Source: an uncultured Bacteroidales bacterium (GTDB lineage: Bacteria; Bacteroidota; Bacteroidia; Bacteroidales; UBA10428). Taken from it: a DNA stretch of 64,000 nt. The translations under genes were made by a program, and so were the position numbers. The stretch covers positions 15,233 to 79,232 of the forward strand of contig CAZHQW010000006.1 of assembly GCA_964534745.1 (NCBI GenBank), in the 5' to 3' direction. Positions 1 to 9,206 of this stretch are shown here, piece by piece. The first letter of the stretch is position 1, and each line of letters begins with the position of its first letter. The notes under the pieces are model-generated. The model did no database searches. It was not told where the DNA came from and saw only the letters and a program-made list of their open reading frames with translations.

Positions 1-885
1 TGGGATGAATATGAGAAACAGGAAAAGTCCGACAGGGATGCTTATTTGCAGTCATTAAGAGATCAGGGCTACACAGTGATTGAAGAAGACGGCATCTACT
101 ACGTAAAAATTACTGAGGGTACAGGTATCTCACCTACAGCGACCGATTATGTTGCCATAGACTTTACAGGAAGAAAAACAGACAATACAATTATAGAAAC
201 CACTGACAGCAATCTTATAGATGAATGGACGAACTATCAGTATCTTGATCATTATATTTTCGGTCCGAAAAAAATATATCTGGGAAACAGTATTGAGGGA
301 TTTTACAGGGGTGTTTCAAAAATGCGCGAAGGGGCAAGATACATAATAGTAATTCCAGCGGATTTGGCTTTCAAGGACTATGTAACCCTGGTATATGATG
401 TTGAACTGCTGAAAGTAATTCCCGACCCTGAAGCATATGATTCAATCCAGCTAAATACCGTGATTGAGGAGCAGAGCATGGACAATGGAACTATTATTGA
501 CAATGTGTACTACTATGAACTGGAATCTTCTATCCTGGATCATATGACTACGGTTGAAACAAATGATTCGGTATATGTTCTGTTCGACAGTTACTATATT
601 ATTGAAAATTCGCTGATATTATTTGAGTCTAACCGGACTGAAGGGAGTGCGCTGAAATTCAAATATTCCAATTCGGCATCTGCACCTGAAGGATACCTGC
701 CTTTCACGGACGGATTTCTTGCAGCCATAGATACGATGAGCATAGGGACCCAGGCAAGGGTTATTGTACCCTATGATTACGGTTACGAGGAATCAGGATA
801 CAAGCACCCCTATTACGGTTATATAATAGTTCCTGCGTATACTTCCCTGGTTTATGATATAGAAATTGAAGATATAATAAATTAG
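1..885 (+). CDS. FKBP-type peptidyl-prolyl isomerase-like protein (two degenerate FKBP-like modules), 5' end off-window
   Basis: Frame 1 is open from nt 1 (WDEYEKQEKSDRDAYLQSL...), so the ATG at 46 is probably internal. Two modules (DYVAIDFTGRK...VIPADLAF and SVYVLFDSYY...VIVPYDYGYEESG) resemble FKBP_C repeats. Confidence 0.45.
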   Translation, partial: WDEYEKQEKSDRDAYLQSLRDQGYTVIEEDGIYYVKITEGTGISPTATDYVAIDFTGRKTDNTIIETTDSNLIDEWTNYQYLDHYIFGPKKIYLGNSIEGFYRGVSKMREGARYIIVIPADLAFKDYVTLVYDVELLKVIPDPEAYDSIQLNTVIEEQSMDNGTIIDNVYYYELESSILDHMTTVETNDSVYVLFDSYYIIENSLILFESNRTEGSALKFKYSNSASAPEGYLPFTDGFLAAIDTMSIGTQARVIVPYDYGYEESGYKHPYYGYIIVPAYTSLVYDIEIEDIIN

Positions 886-900
886 TATATTTATTAGTGT

Positions 901-1626
901 TTATTGGTTCCGAGGCCCGCACTTTATTTTTTGGATAATAAATACCGCGGGTTTCCTGTTTATATCCACCTGCTTCTTTCTCCACTCGGAAATAGTGAGA
1001 GTCCTTACGGATTCATCAGCCAGCGTAAGGCTCGATGCAATACAAAGATATGTTTCAGGAGCACAGTAATTTATAAGATCATTAAAAACCTGGTTATTAC
1101 GGTAAGGTGTCTCAATAAATATCTGTGCCTGGCCCTCCTCAAATGAGCGCTTCTCGGCCTGTTTTATTTTCATTATCCTCTCTTTTTTTTGTATTGGGAG
1201 GTAACCGATAAACGCAAAATTCTGTCCGTTTAATCCGGATGCCATCAATGCAAGCAGGAGCGATGAAGGTCCCACAAGCGGAATAATACTTATGTTCTTC
1301 ATATGTGCCAGTCTCACAATCTCAGAGCCCGGATCCGCAACACAAGGAGCGCCGGCCTCGGAAATGATGCCGACATCGGCTTCTGACAGGGGATCAAGAA
1401 ACCGGGGGATCTCATCCTGTGATGTATATTTGTTGAGAGTAAAAAAAACAATATCATCAAAAGGAGCCTTTATCCCGAGCTGGATCAGGAACCTCCTTGC
1501 TGTCCTTACATTCTCAACAATAAAATATTTGATAGTGCGCACGATTTCAACTGTTCCTGCCGGTATTACCGTGCCGGCTGTGTCGGGCCCCAGCGTTGAA
1601 GGGATCAAATATAGTCTGCCTTTCAT
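901..1626 (-). CDS. SAM-dependent methyltransferase, tetrapyrrole-methylase (RsmI-like) superfamily
   Basis: 241 aa. LYLIPSTLG N-terminus, GIISEAGAPCVADPGSEIV and IPLVGPSSLLLALMASGL blocks are typical of the TP_methylase fold. Confidence 0.65.
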   Translation of the reverse strand: MKGRLYLIPSTLGPDTAGTVIPAGTVEIVRTIKYFIVENVRTARRFLIQLGIKAPFDDIVFFTLNKYTSQDEIPRFLDPLSEADVGIISEAGAPCVADPGSEIVRLAHMKNISIIPLVGPSSLLLALMASGLNGQNFAFIGYLPIQKKERIMKIKQAEKRSFEEGQAQIFIETPYRNNQVFNDLINYCAPETYLCIASSLTLADESVRTLTISEWRKKQVDINRKPAVFIIQKIKCGPRNQ

Positions 1627-1729
1627 TATTATTCTGTATATATTAAAACACAGCCACTAATTTAACGATGTTCCGGTTAAGTTAACATAAACTTAATATT
1701 AAAAAAATCACTGTTTAAAATGTGAAATG

Positions 1730-1737
1730 TAAATTTG
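1730..1737 (+). promoter_or_regulatory. Bacteroidota -7 promoter box (TAAATTTG)
   Basis: Exact match to TAnnTTTG, about 24 nt upstream of the PiT start codon. Confidence 0.4.
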
Positions 1738-1760
1738 CGTGATTTTTTAATTAATTAGCG

Positions 1761-4010
1761 GTGACTATTTATGTGATCATTGTAGTAGTATTATTTACAC
1801 TGGCCGTATCAGACCTGATCGTTGGTGTAAGCAATGATGCCGTAAATTTTCTTAATTCAGCCATTGGCTCCAAAGCAGCTCCTTTCAGGGTAATTATGAT
1901 TATCGCGGCGCTGGGTATCCTGTTGGGTGTTACTTTCTCAAGCGGCATGATGGAAGTTGCAAGAAAAGGCATCTTTCATCCCGACCAGTTTTATTTCTCG
2001 GAAATTATGATCATCTTTCTCGCCGTAATGATCACAGATGTAATCCTGCTTGATTTTTTCAATACATTCGGACTCCCGACGTCAACAACTGTTTCCATAG
2101 TATTCGAGCTGCTGGGCGGCGCCGTTGCCATTTCACTGATAAAAATCAGCAATTCTGCTGAAGGTATCACCAGTATGGGAACCTATATCAATTCGGGCAG
2201 GGCCCTGCTGATTATATCCGGAATATTGCTTTCGGTATTCGTAGCATTTACTGTTGGTGCTGTAGTGCAATATATTACAAGATTTATATTCTCTTTTAAC
2301 TATAAAAAAACACTGAAGTACTTCGGTTCAGTCTGGGGAGGTTTTGCCGTCACAGCTATTGTATATTTCATCCTGATAAAGGGAGCAAAAGGCTCTTCAT
2401 TTATAACAGGAGCAAGCCTGGACTGGATTATGGAGAATACTATGCTTATTCTTGTATTAAGCTTTGCCGGCTTTACGGTACTTATGCAGCTGCTTATATG
2501 GCTGTTCAGGCTTGATGTACTGAAGTTTATTGTCCTGATAGGCACTTTTGCCCTGGCAATGGCCTTTGCAGGGAATGACCTTGTTAATTTTATTGGAGTC
2601 CCCCTGGCAGGATTTGAGTCTTTTAAAACATTTGCAGCTCAAAATGCACAGGGTCCGGGTTCCTTCCTGATGAGCGCCCTTAAAGGCCAGGTATCCACCC
2701 CCACAATGTTTCTCCTTATCGCCGGATTAATAATGGTTATAACCTTATGGGTATCAAGGAAGGCGCGGACAGTTGTTAAAACGCAACTGAAGTTAAGTAA
2801 CCAGGACAAGGTGAATGAAAGGTTCGGATCCACAATGCTTGCACGAGTGCTGGTAAGGCAATCGATACAATTTGGCAAATTCATTAAAGGAATAATACCA
2901 AAACCGGTTTTAAAAGCTATAAACCGCAGATTTAATGACAAGTATTTCAGGAAAACAGTAAAAAAAGATAAATCCATATCCTTTGATCTGTTAAGGGCTT
3001 CGGTAAACCTGGTCATAGCAAGTATACTTATAGCATTTGGAACATCCCAAAAACTGCCCCTGTCAACCACTTATGTAACATTTATGGTAGCTATGGGAAC
3101 ATCCCTGGCTGACGGTGCGTGGAACAGGGAAAGTGCAGTATATAGAATTACAGGGGTAATGACAGTGATTGGCGGCTGGTTCTTTACTGCCCTTAGTGCT
3201 TTCTCCGTTTCCTTTATTATTGCCCTGTTTATCAGCTGGCTGAACATATATGCTATCTTTATCATGATTGGAATAACGATTTTCTTTATTTATAAAACCC
3301 ATATACTCTATTCTTCCAAAGAAAAAGCAGAAAAAAAGGCCGACACTATACTCAGCGAAAGCCTTTCTCTTAAAGGCGAAACGATTTTTGAAAAGTGTAA
3401 TTCAAATATTATTTCCACCCTTCTTGCTGTTTCTGAATTGTACGACATGATAGTAACCGGACTGACAGGGGAGAAAAGGAAAAAACTTAAAAGAGCATTG
3501 AAAGAATCCCGTAAACTCAATAAAGAAATTAAGTTCATAAAAAGCAATATAAATGTTACTATCAATAAACTTGAAGATAAAACAGCTGAAAGCGGATATC
3601 ATTATGTGCAGGTTCTCGATCAACTGAGTGATATCACTCATTGCTTGCTAAATATGGCCATACCTGTTTTTAAACATGTGGACAATAATCACGCTCCCCT
3701 TAAAAACAGGCAAATAAAAAACCTGGGCAGCTTTCAGAAAGGCACCGCCAGGTTCTTCAGGCAGGTAATAAAGATTATCACCGATAATTCATATAAAGAC
3801 ATAAGTAAGGTTGTTTTATACCAGAAAAAATTAGCGGACAAGGCGGTCAGGCTGCGTAAGGATCAGCTTAATATTTTTAAAAGCGATAATATTGGCACTC
3901 GAATAGGATTACTTTACCTTGACCTGCTGGCAGAAAGCAATAACCTCATGTCTTTTACAATAGACCTTCTAAAAACCTCAAAAGAATTTACACGCCATTT
4001 CAAACCCTGA
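1761..4010 (+). CDS. PiT-family inorganic phosphate transporter with long C-terminal helical (PhoU-like) tail
   Basis: Duplicated PHO4/PiT signature (GVSNDAVNFLNSAIGS and AGNDLVNFIGVPLAG), many TM helices, and a soluble charged helical C-terminus of about 230 aa. GTG start per the ORF track. Confidence 0.8.
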   Translation: MTIYVIIVVVLFTLAVSDLIVGVSNDAVNFLNSAIGSKAAPFRVIMIIAALGILLGVTFSSGMMEVARKGIFHPDQFYFSEIMIIFLAVMITDVILLDFFNTFGLPTSTTVSIVFELLGGAVAISLIKISNSAEGITSMGTYINSGRALLIISGILLSVFVAFTVGAVVQYITRFIFSFNYKKTLKYFGSVWGGFAVTAIVYFILIKGAKGSSFITGASLDWIMENTMLILVLSFAGFTVLMQLLIWLFRLDVLKFIVLIGTFALAMAFAGNDLVNFIGVPLAGFESFKTFAAQNAQGPGSFLMSALKGQVSTPTMFLLIAGLIMVITLWVSRKARTVVKTQLKLSNQDKVNERFGSTMLARVLVRQSIQFGKFIKGIIPKPVLKAINRRFNDKYFRKTVKKDKSISFDLLRASVNLVIASILIAFGTSQKLPLSTTYVTFMVAMGTSLADGAWNRESAVYRITGVMTVIGGWFFTALSAFSVSFIIALFISWLNIYAIFIMIGITIFFIYKTHILYSSKEKAEKKADTILSESLSLKGETIFEKCNSNIISTLLAVSELYDMIVTGLTGEKRKKLKRALKESRKLNKEIKFIKSNINVTINKLEDKTAESGYHYVQVLDQLSDITHCLLNMAIPVFKHVDNNHAPLKNRQIKNLGSFQKGTARFFRQVIKIITDNSYKDISKVVLYQKKLADKAVRLRKDQLNIFKSDNIGTRIGLLYLDLLAESNNLMSFTIDLLKTSKEFTRHFKP

Positions 4011-4065
4011 CCACTGGCTGGCACATTTTTTGAGAAATTTTACCTGTATATTTATTTTAATAGTA

Positions 4066-4073
4066 TAAATTTG
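4066..4073 (+). promoter_or_regulatory. Bacteroidota -7 promoter box (TAAATTTG)
   Basis: Exact TAnnTTTG match 14 nt upstream of the ATG at 4087. Confidence 0.4.
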
Positions 4074-4086
4074 ACAACCGTTAATA

Positions 4087-5529
4087 ATGCGGCCATCATC
4101 AATGCCTGTTAATAAGCAACTCCTGAATATATTACTTTTTTTGCTCTGCATAAGAGGAATCGGACAGGATTCAGTAAAGGTTGATACCACCGTCATTGAT
4201 ACTTCGTTTTATGTCACAGGTAACATGGATTATAACCTCATCCTGGCTACAGATAAAGGCTATACAGATGAAGTACTGCGGCTCTTGAATAAAGGCGCCG
4301 ATATTAACACAACAACATGGGACGGCATAACTCCCCTGATGTATGCTATTCAGAACCAGGACACAAACCTGGTAAAAATACTTGTACTGAACGGCGCGGA
4401 TATAGATAAGAATCCTGATAACGGCATAACGGGCCTTATAAGTGCAGTTGTGGCTGACAACCTCGATATTGCTGAATACCTTATAAGAAAGGGCGCCTAT
4501 ATAGATATTACTGACAATTACGGAAATACCCCACTGATGTATGCTGCCGCATACGGATACCCGGTTATGGCGGATATGCTCCTGTATTATGAAGCCGGCA
4601 TAAACAAAAAGAACGTATCCGGAACAGATGCATTAATGATAGCATCTTTTTACGGAGATTATGACCTGACAAACATACTTATCCGTGGAGGGGCAGCAGT
4701 AAATTCACAGGATAATAATGGCTATAGTGCACTGCATTGCGCCATACAGAATGGCTATGCCGATATTGCAGATTTGCTTATAGACCATGGTGCCGATATA
4801 AGCTGCAAAACAAATAATAACTTTTCTCCAATAGCTATCGCTGTGGCAAATAATGACATGGTATTGTCAAAACATCTCACTGAAAAGGGAGCCAACGTAA
4901 ATGAAAGAATATCATTAGCTGAAAATCCCTTATCACTGGCCCGCAGCAACAGAAACAAGGCAATTAAAAAATACCTGCTGGAGAATGGAGGAAAAAGAAA
5001 TCTATGGCCTTCATTCAGCCAGTACAACTTCGGACTCAATTTCAACTGGAATCTTGACGACTTAATGACAGGAATTGAAATGGGCGTGCTTGACACCAAA
5101 TTCAATATTGCTTTAAAAGGCGGACTGGCATTCAGGCCCTGGTCGATGAGGGTCCTGGAAAAAGTAACTCCGGAATTATTATATCAATACCGCGAAAGGA
5201 GGACAGCCCTTTTCCTTGGCATATATAAAAGGATTAACCTCGTAAAGCTAAATAACAGGCTCAGCACCGGGATTATGCTTGGGGCTAAAGAAGTATATAC
5301 CTCCGGCAGTTACAGGGGCTCCCTGGAAAAGCCCGATAATAAAATGATACTGGCTCCGGGAGGGGGTATTTACTGGAATAACAACTTTTTCGGAGTAAAT
5401 CTGATGTATGAATACCTTGATTATGGCCTTTATAAAATAAGTCCCGGAAGAATAGATATATCATTCACCTTTAATATAGGCAGTAGAACAAAAAGATACC
5501 TGCCAAAGGATATTACAGATTTTAATTAA
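4087..5529 (+). CDS. Secreted ankyrin-repeat protein fused to a C-terminal beta-barrel-like domain
   Basis: Signal peptide (LLNILLFLLCIRGIGQ). About 7-8 ANK repeats (GITPLMYAIQNQDTNLVKILVLNGADID, GNTPLMYAAAYGYPVMADMLLYYEAGIN, GYSALHCAIQNGYADIADLLIDHGADIS and others). The last ~175 aa show an alternating hydrophobic beta-strand pattern ending ...RIDISFTFNI. Confidence 0.8.
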   Translation: MRPSSMPVNKQLLNILLFLLCIRGIGQDSVKVDTTVIDTSFYVTGNMDYNLILATDKGYTDEVLRLLNKGADINTTTWDGITPLMYAIQNQDTNLVKILVLNGADIDKNPDNGITGLISAVVADNLDIAEYLIRKGAYIDITDNYGNTPLMYAAAYGYPVMADMLLYYEAGINKKNVSGTDALMIASFYGDYDLTNILIRGGAAVNSQDNNGYSALHCAIQNGYADIADLLIDHGADISCKTNNNFSPIAIAVANNDMVLSKHLTEKGANVNERISLAENPLSLARSNRNKAIKKYLLENGGKRNLWPSFSQYNFGLNFNWNLDDLMTGIEMGVLDTKFNIALKGGLAFRPWSMRVLEKVTPELLYQYRERRTALFLGIYKRINLVKLNNRLSTGIMLGAKEVYTSGSYRGSLEKPDNKMILAPGGGIYWNNNFFGVNLMYEYLDYGLYKISPGRIDISFTFNIGSRTKRYLPKDITDFN

Positions 5530-5540
5530 AAGTCATAGAA

Positions 5541-5954
5541 ATGTACAGGTTAATATTAGCAGACTTCCTTATTTTGCTCGTATGTTCATGCAGCGAAAAG
5601 ATATTTACAGCAGGTGTGGATTGTGAGGAGTGCTACCGGATAAAGCCTGACAGTGCCTATCTGACACTGGAACTTACAATAAATGACACCTATGAATCAA
5701 TACCGCTTATTGTATACAGAAATGAGGTTGAGAAAAGGGATACGGAATATGTTGACACAGCATATGAGAGTACATATTACCTGCTTGTTCCTGTAAACAG
5801 TGAATACTCGGTTGAAGCTGAGTATATAAAGGGTAACAGTAAAATAATAGCTATTGACGGTACAAGGATCAAGACAAGACATTTAAGCAGCGAGTGTGAT
5901 GAGGAATGCTGGATCATCGAAGGAGATGAACTGAATATGGAACTTAAGTACTGA
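5541..5954 (+). CDS. Hypothetical lipoprotein, Cys-rich termini
   Basis: Lipobox-like LLVCSCS. Paired motifs CEEC (N-terminal) and CDEEC (C-terminal). No family recognised. Confidence 0.5.
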   Translation: MYRLILADFLILLVCSCSEKIFTAGVDCEECYRIKPDSAYLTLELTINDTYESIPLIVYRNEVEKRDTEYVDTAYESTYYLLVPVNSEYSVEAEYIKGNSKIIAIDGTRIKTRHLSSECDEECWIIEGDELNMELKY

Positions 5955-5960
5955 TAATGC

Positions 5961-6353
5961 CTATTGAACAAGTTTAATTTCTACAACAGAATTGCCAGGT
6001 TTATTATTCTTAAAACGGATAAGTATATCATAAAATCCGGTCTTGTTGCAGGCAAAACTAAAAGCATCAAAATATTTGTCTTCCACCACATTTGTCAGCA
6101 CAAGCTTGTCTGCATCCAATAACTCAAAAACGGCTTCCCCTGCATAGTTATCAAGATGATTTGTGACTTTAAACTTATAGGTAGACCCTTTATTAAACTT
6201 AATTGTCATGAAATACTCATTCTCATAATCCTGTTCACTTATTTCATCAAGCCTGAACTCAATAAGTTTGATAAAGATCTCCTTTTGAGCAAATATGTTT
6301 TTAGCACAGAGATGTAATAATACCGTTAAAATTATTAAGATTTTTAACCTCAT
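5961..6353 (-). CDS. Hypothetical secreted protein (small beta-sandwich, PPC-domain-like pattern)
   Basis: Signal peptide ending FAQ. GSTYKFKVTN...AVFELLDADKLVL...NKTGFYDILIRF loosely resembles a pre-peptidase C-terminal domain. Confidence 0.4.
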   Translation of the reverse strand: MRLKILIILTVLLHLCAKNIFAQKEIFIKLIEFRLDEISEQDYENEYFMTIKFNKGSTYKFKVTNHLDNYAGEAVFELLDADKLVLTNVVEDKYFDAFSFACNKTGFYDILIRFKNNKPGNSVVEIKLVQ

Positions 6354-6378
6354 AATTTTTATTTATTTGTTTATAAAA

Positions 6379-7155
6379 TCACATCTGTTTCATCTTTAAC
6401 CAGTCATAATTTGTATCCAGCAAAATCAGCTTTGCATGCTCAGATACTCTTTTTGTCTGCACTTTTGATAATTCAACAACTATACTCTGAATGTTGGCTT
6501 CATAATATTCTTTTGTGAGTCCGGTGCAGCGTGTCTTACCATTACGCAAATAAAACAATGCCTTAACCTGTCTTTTCTCATCATCGCTTTTAAGTGCGCT
6601 GACAAGAGCGTCCAGCCTGTTCCAGCCGGCCGACTCACGGCTCCACCATTCCCTGGCTTCACTGATGCTAAGGTCTTTTATTAACTTGCGCTTTTCCGCA
6701 ACCGAACATTTATCTACCTTTTTTCTGTTACTGTTGCTATCATAATAGTCAGGATAATTTACTTTAATAAAGTTAACAAGCCTGTCCTCCTGGATATGGA
6801 TACCACTGAATCCGAAGTTCTGAAAAGTAAGTTCCTCAAGAAGCCATCCTGCGCGGATAATCACATCATCAATATCATATTCGATTATTTGTCCCCGCCC
6901 GTAAAACTTCTCAGCACCCGGGTAAATAAGATCCCCGGTATTGACGAGTTTAATACATGATTTAACACCCAGCATATCTATGAGGTAAGGAATAGATTTT
7001 TCCTCCATGTTTTCAAGCTTCTCCTTGGCATTCAGCACCGTTGGCCAATCATCAGACTTAAAATCCTTTAGAAGAGCATCAATTGACATCTCCTGAGTAT
7101 ACCCGGCCAGCATATACATCCAAATCATAATAAAAACCAATAATTTCTTTTTCAT
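6379..7155 (-). CDS. Hypothetical secreted protein with HEAT-like helical repeats
   Basis: Signal peptide. DDWPTVLNAKEKLENMEEKSIPYLIDML and ALKSDDEKRQVKALFYLRNG resemble HEAT repeats. Confidence 0.4.
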   Translation of the reverse strand: MKKKLLVFIMIWMYMLAGYTQEMSIDALLKDFKSDDWPTVLNAKEKLENMEEKSIPYLIDMLGVKSCIKLVNTGDLIYPGAEKFYGRGQIIEYDIDDVIIRAGWLLEELTFQNFGFSGIHIQEDRLVNFIKVNYPDYYDSNSNRKKVDKCSVAEKRKLIKDLSISEAREWWSRESAGWNRLDALVSALKSDDEKRQVKALFYLRNGKTRCTGLTKEYYEANIQSIVVELSKVQTKRVSEHAKLILLDTNYDWLKMKQM

Positions 7156-7227
7156 AGATATTTTATTATTTAAGTTTCCTGATTTCTATATAAAGTTACA
7201 ATAATTTTCATATTTTCAAATTTCTAG

Positions 7228-8928
7228 TCAGACCATTAAATCAAATACATTAAGCGCGTAATAGCCAAGGTTAATAATCTCGCTGTACATATCCGAATAT
7301 ATAACTCCTGTTGAGCACTTGTACCTGCCCTTTCTCAGGTTCTTGAAATGCTCTTCTTTCAGAGCCTTTTCAATTTTTTGCAATTCTTTTCTATGAGCCC
7401 TGTTCCTGTCTGAGAATGCCAGGGATTCATCCCTGGCAAATCCTTCATTTATCTCCTTTAAAATCTGGTCAATAACTGTAAAAAGCTTTCCGATATTCTT
7501 ATCCATCTCTTTTGTGAATCCTGCTTTGGCTGAATTCTTCCTTTCTATAGTATCTGCCAGCTTGTTATTTGAATCAGCCATGCTTTCGATGTTACTTACC
7601 ATATTTAGCATGCTTGTAATATTCTCGGAGCTTAAACTGCTGAACGACTCCTCAGTTATCCTTGTCAGGTAAGAGGCAATCTCCACCTCCATCCTGTCAG
7701 AGATATCTTCATACTTCCTGATTTTCGACATGTACTTATCGTACTTTTTCCCTGTCTTTGTATAATAGGATTCCTTTGCCAGCTCAAACATCTTTGTGAC
7801 ACGCTGCAAATAAAGCTGTATTTCTTTTCTTGCCTGCAGTATTGATAACTCACCCGTTGACAGCAGGCCGGTGTTAATATACCTCAGGCTGAATTCCTCA
7901 TCTTCATCCCTGCTGGGTACAATTACGCTGACAATCTTTATAATAAACGAAGCAAACCATATTAAAACCAACGTGTTTAATATATTAAACACCGAATGAA
8001 AAATTGACAATGCAACAGGCATGGCCTGTGCTGTCTCAGAAGCTGTTTGTCCTTCCACCATATAGGGCGAATTCAATCCGATTTTAAGTATAAACCAGTT
8101 TATGCCTTTCAGAAAAGGATGAAAAACAAGGAGCATAAGAAGGACTCCTGTAATATTAAAAACAAGATGTGCTCTTGCGGCACGCTTGGCTGATGTGTTG
8201 GCAATAATTGCCGCCAGGTTTGCAGTAATCGTCGTTCCTATGTTCTGTCCGAGGACCATTGCCGCTGCCAGATCAAAAGATATCCATCCGTTATAGCACA
8301 TTACCAGCGTGAGCGCCATTGCTGCACTCGATGACTGGATAACCATCGTAACGACTGCGCCAATGATTATAAAAATCAATACCGATATAAATCTGGCATC
8401 CGAATACTTCTTCAGGAATTCAAGAAAGCCCGGATTGTTGTTAATGTCTGGTGTATATTCCTTCAGAAAATGCAACCCGAGGAATATCAACGAGAACCCT
8501 ATTATCACTTCACCCCAGGAACTTCTCCTTTTATCTTTTGAGAACATAATCGGCAATCCCAGTCCGATTAATATAAAAGTAAAAGTAAATATGTCGAATT
8601 GAAAGCCAAGGATGGAAATCATCCATGCGGTAACTGTTGTACCAATATTTGCACCCATAATTACACCTATCGACTCTGCCAGCGACAAGAGTCCCGCATT
8701 TACAAAACTTACCACCATAACCGTTGTTGCAGATGAAGACTGGATAATCCCTGTAATAAGAAACCCTGTAAATACTCCCATAAACCTGTTTGAAGTCATT
8801 GCAGAAAGGATACTTCTTAATTTTGAACCCGCCACTTTTTGCAGGGACTCGCTCATAAGCTTCATCCCAAAAATAAAAAGTCCGAGAGCCCCGAGCAGCT
8901 TAAGGAAATCGAGGAATCCGTAATTCAT
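7228..8928 (-). CDS. Na/Pi-cotransporter II-related protein (NptA/YjbB family) with C-terminal PhoU-like domain
   Basis: Duplicated QSSSA motif (GIIQSSSATTVMV and VIQSSSAAMALT), a multi-TM N-terminal half and a helical C-terminal half. Confidence 0.85.
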   Translation of the reverse strand: MNYGFLDFLKLLGALGLFIFGMKLMSESLQKVAGSKLRSILSAMTSNRFMGVFTGFLITGIIQSSSATTVMVVSFVNAGLLSLAESIGVIMGANIGTTVTAWMISILGFQFDIFTFTFILIGLGLPIMFSKDKRRSSWGEVIIGFSLIFLGLHFLKEYTPDINNNPGFLEFLKKYSDARFISVLIFIIIGAVVTMVIQSSSAAMALTLVMCYNGWISFDLAAAMVLGQNIGTTITANLAAIIANTSAKRAARAHLVFNITGVLLMLLVFHPFLKGINWFILKIGLNSPYMVEGQTASETAQAMPVALSIFHSVFNILNTLVLIWFASFIIKIVSVIVPSRDEDEEFSLRYINTGLLSTGELSILQARKEIQLYLQRVTKMFELAKESYYTKTGKKYDKYMSKIRKYEDISDRMEVEIASYLTRITEESFSSLSSENITSMLNMVSNIESMADSNNKLADTIERKNSAKAGFTKEMDKNIGKLFTVIDQILKEINEGFARDESLAFSDRNRAHRKELQKIEKALKEEHFKNLRKGRYKCSTGVIYSDMYSEIINLGYYALNVFDLMV

Positions 8929-9097
8929 AGTAACCTCTGTATAAAATAGTATGTTAGTTGCTAAAAAATTTTGTTATAAATATATTCAATAATTAATTAA
9001 CAAACCATCCTGATTGCCTGTTTTGCATTGTTATTTAAAATCATTAAAAATAATTGCAAAACAATGTATAAACTGAAACTATAAGTAAACTTTTCCT

Positions 9098-9105
9098 TAT
9101 ATTTG
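9098..9105 (+). promoter_or_regulatory. Candidate -7 promoter box (TATATTTG) for the V-ATPase operon
   Basis: Exact TAnnTTTG match about 100 nt upstream of 9207, which implies a leader of about 95 nt. Confidence 0.3.
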
Positions 9106-9206
9106 GGCTTTTGAGAAAGCTAAATCCTCTGGTTATTAAAAGATTGCAAACAAAATAGTAGTTTGCTGAATTTCATTTTTTTATACTATTTTATATCTGA
9201 ACAAAA

